DNA from: Sedimentisphaerales bacterium
Lineage (GTDB): Bacteria; Planctomycetota; Phycisphaerae; Sedimentisphaerales; SM23-30
Length of the DNA stretch: 64,000 nucleotides
Assembly: GCA_963663965.2 (NCBI GenBank)
Contig: CAXXFK010000027.1
Coordinates: 1 to 64,000 of the forward strand
Direction of reading: 5' to 3'
Positions 58,525 through 64,000 of the stretch are shown piece after piece. Below the pieces are notes generated by a model that did no database searches, was not told where the DNA came from, and saw nothing but the letters and a program-made list of their open reading frames with translations. Each line of letters opens with the position of its first letter. Positions within the stretch are counted from its first letter, which is position 1. The translations under genes and the position numbers were made by a program.

Positions 58525-59259
58525 ATGCAAAAAATGATCCTGCCTTTGTTGTTCCTCGCGTTTTTCATTTTCATCGGAGGCTGCCAATCGGTAAAACCAT
58601 CCTGGCCCGTTGAACCCGGCCAATACGCGCTGCAATTTACCGGCGCCCAGGACTACACCTACAATTACCTGCTCCACCTGCCGGCCGATTACGGCAAAGG
58701 CAAAAAGAAATGGCCCCTGATGCTGTTCCTGCATGGAGCCGGCGAACGCGGCGACGATGTAAAAGTGCTTGAAGTCCACGGCCCACCCAAACTGGCCGCG
58801 CAAGGCAAGGATCTCCCCTTTATCATCGTCTCCCCGCAATGCCCCACCGGCCAGTGGTGGACGGCCCGCACCGAATCGTTAATGGCCCTGGTAGATGAAA
58901 TGATCGCCCGTTATAACGTCGATGAAACCCGTGTCTATGTCACCGGTCTCAGTATGGGCGGCTTTGGTACCTGGCAGCTGGCCAGCCAGTATCCCGACCG
59001 GTTTGCTGCGGCGATCCCCATCTGTGGCGGTGGAAACGCGTTCCTGGCCCGCACCTTGAAAACCGTCCCGATCTGGGCGTTTCACGGTGGCAAAGACAGT
59101 GTCGTACCGCTATCCGGCTCAGAAACCCTGGTCGAAGCTGTTAATAAAGAGGGCGGCGACGCTAAACTGACGGTTTATCCCGAAGCCGGACATGACTCCT
59201 GGACCGTCACCTATGAAAATGATGAAATCTATAAATGGTTATTAAGCCATCATAAATAG
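58525..59259 (+). CDS. Alpha/beta-hydrolase lipoprotein (predicted peptidase/phospholipase-carboxylesterase)
   Basis: FLHGAGERG, TGLSMGG nucleophile elbow, FHGGKD and GHDSW; lipobox IGGC. Confidence 0.88.
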   Translation: MQKMILPLLFLAFFIFIGGCQSVKPSWPVEPGQYALQFTGAQDYTYNYLLHLPADYGKGKKKWPLMLFLHGAGERGDDVKVLEVHGPPKLAAQGKDLPFIIVSPQCPTGQWWTARTESLMALVDEMIARYNVDETRVYVTGLSMGGFGTWQLASQYPDRFAAAIPICGGGNAFLARTLKTVPIWAFHGGKDSVVPLSGSETLVEAVNKEGGDAKLTVYPEAGHDSWTVTYENDEIYKWLLSHHK

Positions 59260-59290
59260 ATTCCTTTGGGTAATCTGTTACAAAGCATTC

Positions 59291-59327
59291 AGGGCGCCTC
59301 AGGGAATCATATGAGGCGCCCTTTTTT
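59291..59327 (+). terminator. Intrinsic terminator
   Basis: AGGGCGCCTCA...TGAGGCGCCCT followed by a T-run. Confidence 0.8.
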
Positions 59328-59348
59328 ATTCTGAGAAGGGATTGGACC

Positions 59349-61292
59349 ATGAAAAAATACCTGACGCAATTGTCGTTATTTTGTGTAATCGTTGCAATTT
59401 TTTCGACCTCGCAACCCTGTTGGTCAATCCCATCTGAATATTTCGCCATTCAGGTCGTCGATGACACCACCCGCCTCGGCATCCCCCTGGTCGAATTGCG
59501 CACGGTGAACGAGATATGCCATCTTACCGACAGCAACGGCTGGGTGGCGTTTCTGGAGCCGGGCCTGATGGATCAGGAAGTATTCTTCTATGTCTCCAGT
59601 CCCGGCTACGAATTTCCTGCTGATGGCTTTGGTTATCATGGTAAACGACTCAAGGTCCGGCCCGGCCAACAGGCCACCATTGCCATGAAACGCATCAATA
59701 TCGCCGAACGGCTCTATCGCGTCACCGGACAGGGAATCTATCGCGACACGGAACTGCTGGGCCACCCCACCCCGATCCCTCATCCCCAACTGAACGGCCA
59801 GGTTGTCGGTCAGGATTCGGTCCAGAACGTCTGTTATAGCGGCCGGTTGTTCTGGTTCTGGGGCGACACCTCCCGGCCGGCCTATCCCCTGGGTCAGTTT
59901 TCCGCTGCGGGCGCGACCACCCCCCTGACCATCAATCCGGCTGATGGCATAGATTTGAGCTATTTCGTCGATGAAAACGGCTTCAGTAAGAAAATGTTCC
60001 CGCTACCCGGCGGCGGTGTTGTGTGGATCGACGGCATGATCACCGCACCGGACGACCAGGGCAAACGTCGCATGTTGTGCCATTTCTCCCACCGTGAGAG
60101 CCTGTCCAAAGAACTGGACTCCGGTTTTGGTGTTTTTAATGACACAAAAGATATCTTCGAACCAGTCTATCAGCAAAAGGAGCCCTCACTGCCATTCGAT
60201 GCCCTGGGCCCCGCCATTCCCATGCAGGTCAATGGCCGACGCTACTGGTATTTCACTGTTCCATTTCCAGCACGTGTTATAGTACGCGTTCGTGACACTC
60301 TGGCCGAGGCTGCCAATCCTGACAGTTACGAAGTCTTTGTTCCCGAACCATTTGCCCGGACCGGCGCCACCGACCGATACCAATGGACCAACTGGGGTGA
60401 CATGACGAAAAAATATGCCGGCCGCGACTCGGCCCGTCAGGCCCTGCAAGGCTTCGTCAAACCTTTCCGCCTGATCGATATCGAAACCGGCAAACCCATT
60501 ACACCCCACGCCGGATCGGTATACTGGAATCGGTACCGCGACAAATGGGTTATGATCTTCAACCAGATCGGCGGCGAGCCATCCATCCTGGGCGAAGTGT
60601 GGTACGCCGAATCCGATACCCCAACCGGCCCCTGGGGTTATACCCGGCGCATCGTAACGCATGATAAATACTCCTTTTATAACCCAAAACACCATCCATA
60701 CTTTGATCAGAATAACGGCCGCAAAATCTATTTTGAAGGCACCTACAGTATCACCTTCTCCGGTCGGCAAGGCCCACCCACACCGCGCTACGATTACAAT
60801 CAGGTCATGTACAGCCTGGACCTGGCCGATCCCCGGCTGGCGCTGCCTGAAGCCATTTACGAAATCACCAAACCCAACGGGTCCGCCGCTTATCTCAATG
60901 GCCGACAAGTTCGCAAACTGAAAAAGTTCAACGAAGTCACCCGGGTCGCCTTCTATCTCTGGCCGGCCAATCGCGATACCCATTCCAGCCGCGAGCATCT
61001 GACCGCCCTTATCCAAACAGACCCCACCGGCCCCCTGGCACTCGCACCAGTAAATAGCCAGCCACCCAAAACTCGATTCATCGGCCATGCCCACACCCTC
61101 GAAGGCGACCATCCCTCCCTCCGCCAACTCTTCCAGGTCAATACCCAATCGAAGGCCGCCGTTTACCGCACTGACAATGACCTCAATGATACCACCACCA
61201 ACATCGCTCCCCACCCACTCTGCAAAGTCTTCGCCATCCCCGGCGATCCGCTCCTGTTCGACTGGGCGCCTCAACAAATAGACACAGAATAA
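59349..61292 (+). CDS. Secreted hypothetical protein (possible beta-propeller/carbohydrate-active)
   Basis: Signal peptide; RLYRVTGQGIY, WFWGDT, YSFYNPKHHP, FEGTY and PRYDYNQ. Confidence 0.75.
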   Translation: MKKYLTQLSLFCVIVAIFSTSQPCWSIPSEYFAIQVVDDTTRLGIPLVELRTVNEICHLTDSNGWVAFLEPGLMDQEVFFYVSSPGYEFPADGFGYHGKRLKVRPGQQATIAMKRINIAERLYRVTGQGIYRDTELLGHPTPIPHPQLNGQVVGQDSVQNVCYSGRLFWFWGDTSRPAYPLGQFSAAGATTPLTINPADGIDLSYFVDENGFSKKMFPLPGGGVVWIDGMITAPDDQGKRRMLCHFSHRESLSKELDSGFGVFNDTKDIFEPVYQQKEPSLPFDALGPAIPMQVNGRRYWYFTVPFPARVIVRVRDTLAEAANPDSYEVFVPEPFARTGATDRYQWTNWGDMTKKYAGRDSARQALQGFVKPFRLIDIETGKPITPHAGSVYWNRYRDKWVMIFNQIGGEPSILGEVWYAESDTPTGPWGYTRRIVTHDKYSFYNPKHHPYFDQNNGRKIYFEGTYSITFSGRQGPPTPRYDYNQVMYSLDLADPRLALPEAIYEITKPNGSAAYLNGRQVRKLKKFNEVTRVAFYLWPANRDTHSSREHLTALIQTDPTGPLALAPVNSQPPKTRFIGHAHTLEGDHPSLRQLFQVNTQSKAAVYRTDNDLNDTTTNIAPHPLCKVFAIPGDPLLFDWAPQQIDTE

Positions 61293-61529
61293 ACAACATC
61301 CCAGCAATCTGATTCCGGTGCCACGCTAAGTCAGCTCATACGATTCTCCGGTTATTGTAAGCGTGCTCTATCTTGCGATAGCCTTCAATCGTCTCAACCT
61401 GAATTCCTGCCGCCCCTCATTCTTTTGCAGCATTTTTTAAATGGCTGATATAGTCATTCCGAAAGACAAAAATCGCCCCGGGTTCCAAGTTCCGGAGCGA
61501 TATACACGCATGGTACAACCCGTATTACT

Positions 61530-64000
61530 TTACTTAGCAGGTATATTTTTACGGACACCAAATTCCAATTGAACCGGTCCGATCAGACCCGATTCAACCA
61601 GCGGCGAATTTGCCTTATAATGTTCCCAGGCGACAAATGTCTTCCGCTGCGTCTCTGGGCGCGGTTCGCCCTCCAGCAGCCAGTCCGGAATGACCTTTAA
61701 TCCCCCACCCTGATTCGCCGGGTTGCTCCATACGCAGGTATCAGGATATTGAATGTCGCCAATCAGACGATTCACCCACAGGTTCGTCACTCGCACTTCA
61801 AGTTGGTTGCCTTTCGCTTTGAGCAGACCGGAGACATCAATTTTGAAAGGAGGCTTCCAGAAAATCCCCAGGTTTTTCCCGTTAACGATCACCTCGGCCA
61901 TCACCTGAACATCTCCCAGATCCAGACACACGGCTTTGTCTTTGCCCAGCCTGCCCGCAGGCACATCAAATTGCTTGCGATAAACGGCCGTCCCAGAGAA
62001 ATGCTTGATGTCAGGATGAGAATGCCCGGTCCACGAGATCAGCTTATCCAGCGTAACTTCGGACGGGGCGCCCCAGCCGTCTGGAAAATGCAGCGACCAG
62101 TTTCCGCTCAGATCGATCGGTTTCGGCACAGATGCCACTTTCACAGTATTCTGCTTCCCATCAGCGCTTACCAGTTCATAGTCGCCGGCTTCCCACGCCG
62201 TCAAAAGGGCCCCGTTCTTTGAAACGGCCAATTCAGCCGGTGGAGCCAATGGCGTGACAACCTCAAAATCTTCCGGCAGGATCAAAGTTTCTTTTTCGTT
62301 AACGATTTTGGTAAATTGCTTCTCATCCAGTGAATAGGTAATCCGCAACTGTTTAGGGGTGCCCCGGGCCGGATCGCCTGCCAGCTCGTTATTGGCGACT
62401 ACTTCAAGGCGATTATTGACTACCTGTTTTTGCAGTTGTTCGGTCACATCCACCTGTTTATCCTTATCGCCGTCAGCAGTTCCGTACACCGCCTGATGGA
62501 TTTTCAAGATTTTGGGGGTTGGAGCGGATATTTTTTTACCGGTTCCCTTATCCAACCGGGCTACCTCTGAATAAGTCATCATCTTCAGCGACTTGTCAAA
62601 GACCACAAAGCACGAATCCGCCGGCCCCATAAAGAGCTTAACGGCCGTGCGTCCGTCTGGGGTAGCATAGCAAAGCGGAGCCTGCTTGATGGTCCCATGA
62701 TACGGATCCCACAGTTGCGGCGTTTTTCCATCGTTACGAAAAATGGCTTCGACATACTGCGGGATCTCCTGCTGGTTACTCAAGAAATAAACATCCACAG
62801 ACCCGGCTTTACGATGAATCCATTCAAATCCATTGCCCGGATAGAGCGTTTGTGCCGTGACTTCGCCGATGTTCAGCTCCACATCCGGCTGGATTCGCAT
62901 CGACGCCAAAACCGGCTCCAGCGTATCGGTCCAATAGACGGTTCCTTTTCCAAAAGCATGTTCGGTCACATCCTCGCCGTTACAGGGGCCCCACATCTCA
63001 TCGGCCAGTTTTCTGACCTGTTGGTCGCATTGGGGATAGTTCTGCAAACCGGGCGCGTGGGAGGGTTTTGCCCAGACAACATGTCCCCCCTGGCGAACCA
63101 GGTCATACACCTTTTTCAATACTTCCGGCCGCACCGGTTCATTCGGCATGACCAGCAGGCGGTATTCCATCAGTCCCGGCAGGATCAGCCGTCCGTTTTT
63201 CACGGTCAGTTTCATCAGTGTCTGATTCGAGCAGGTATCATAATCATATCCAGCCGGCGGAACCGGTTTCATGTCTTCACGATTGGTGAAAGACTGTGGC
63301 GCATTTTCGCCGGCATAATAACATAAGTCCGCCTGGAAGATTCCTTCCTGCAGCATATACTGGCAACGAGCCAGATAGGCCATCCATGCCCGGCCCTGTT
63401 CGTACCAGGTATTGTTGCGATTATTCTGGAATCCGTGCGGCCCCATCGTCATACCCGGCAGCACATCCATCCACGGTTGATGAGCATAGGTATGGAAGAT
63501 GAAACGGTTAACACCCTGACAGAAGAAATAATCCCCCTGCGCCTTTAAATAATAGGGATGATTGACAAAAGCGGCCTGTGCCTGACCGGCGGTGAACGCC
63601 TCGGCGCCCACGAAACGGTTGCCATGCGTATGGGCCGAAGAAGCCGCCATTTTACCGGAGGCATGATGCCATCTCATTTCGCGCCGGGCCCACCATTCGC
63701 CCATGGGCACATCGGCCCATCCGGCCACATCAAAATCATCAAAATTGCCTGATTTCCCGCCATAGGGTTCGATCGAAAGCAGCATCCCGTTTCGGTGACA
63801 CATTTCGGCAAAATGGCCGAAGTAGTTTGTGGACATCAGATTCGCGATCACTCGGCGAAAATCCCAGAGGAAACGCTCAGTGATATCCAGGTTCTCCACC
63901 ACCCGACCCGTCAGGGCCGGCAGATACCCTTTCAAATCATATCCCATCTGCTTTTTGAATTCGTTCTGAAATCCGTCGGTCCGGTTCTGCTGGCCCACTT
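61530..64000 (-). CDS. Alpha-L-rhamnosidase-like glycoside hydrolase family 106, 5'-truncated by the window
   Basis: PMGEWW, ASSAHTHG..GAEAFT, GVNRFIFHTYAHQP and YLARCQ..LQ.G; C-terminal beta-sandwich VTNLWVNRLIGD..SGLIGPV. Confidence 0.88.
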   Translation of the reverse strand, partial: VGQQNRTDGFQNEFKKQMGYDLKGYLPALTGRVVENLDITERFLWDFRRVIANLMSTNYFGHFAEMCHRNGMLLSIEPYGGKSGNFDDFDVAGWADVPMGEWWARREMRWHHASGKMAASSAHTHGNRFVGAEAFTAGQAQAAFVNHPYYLKAQGDYFFCQGVNRFIFHTYAHQPWMDVLPGMTMGPHGFQNNRNNTWYEQGRAWMAYLARCQYMLQEGIFQADLCYYAGENAPQSFTNREDMKPVPPAGYDYDTCSNQTLMKLTVKNGRLILPGLMEYRLLVMPNEPVRPEVLKKVYDLVRQGGHVVWAKPSHAPGLQNYPQCDQQVRKLADEMWGPCNGEDVTEHAFGKGTVYWTDTLEPVLASMRIQPDVELNIGEVTAQTLYPGNGFEWIHRKAGSVDVYFLSNQQEIPQYVEAIFRNDGKTPQLWDPYHGTIKQAPLCYATPDGRTAVKLFMGPADSCFVVFDKSLKMMTYSEVARLDKGTGKKISAPTPKILKIHQAVYGTADGDKDKQVDVTEQLQKQVVNNRLEVVANNELAGDPARGTPKQLRITYSLDEKQFTKIVNEKETLILPEDFEVVTPLAPPAELAVSKNGALLTAWEAGDYELVSADGKQNTVKVASVPKPIDLSGNWSLHFPDGWGAPSEVTLDKLISWTGHSHPDIKHFSGTAVYRKQFDVPAGRLGKDKAVCLDLGDVQVMAEVIVNGKNLGIFWKPPFKIDVSGLLKAKGNQLEVRVTNLWVNRLIGDIQYPDTCVWSNPANQGGGLKVIPDWLLEGEPRPETQRKTFVAWEHYKANSPLVESGLIGPVQLEFGVRKNIPAK

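Overview
Bacterial chromosomal window. The gene content suggests a planctomycete of the Phycisphaerae/Sedimentisphaerales type (H-X9-DG prepilin-like proteins, a short SecA paralogue, PurS-fused PurL, many secreted glycoside hydrolases); this taxonomic call is inference. Housekeeping genes are secA-like, recJ, purQ/purL, tyrA, accA, ychF, cinA, dapB, thrC, scpB and dnaE. There is also a Wzm/Wzt ABC-transporter polysaccharide cluster with five glycosyltransferases, and two alpha-L-rhamnosidases. An accessory/defence island lies at about 9.6-23.4 kb. Its most unusual feature is three non-coding, co-oriented mosaic arrays built from about 22 modules of seven sequence types, each typically a triple tandem repeat of an 8-10 nt unit. 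The modules are interleaved with IHF-like sites, 18-bp palindromes and G-quadruplex motifs, and the arrays separate single cargo units: a methyltransferase, an AbiF/Abi_2 HEPN toxin with an upstream structured RNA, and a SIR2 gene plus a 957-aa partner. The SIR2 gene is split by an IS3 element. A four-helix-bundle gene, preceded by a related 10-nt repeat, is split by an IS5-like element. Both insertions have recognisable target duplications. Also seen: a 201-bp MITE that rewrote the end of a glycosyltransferase gene, a DnaA-box cluster (oriC candidate) upstream of dnaE, and a sharp local G/C-skew switch at the left edge of the island.
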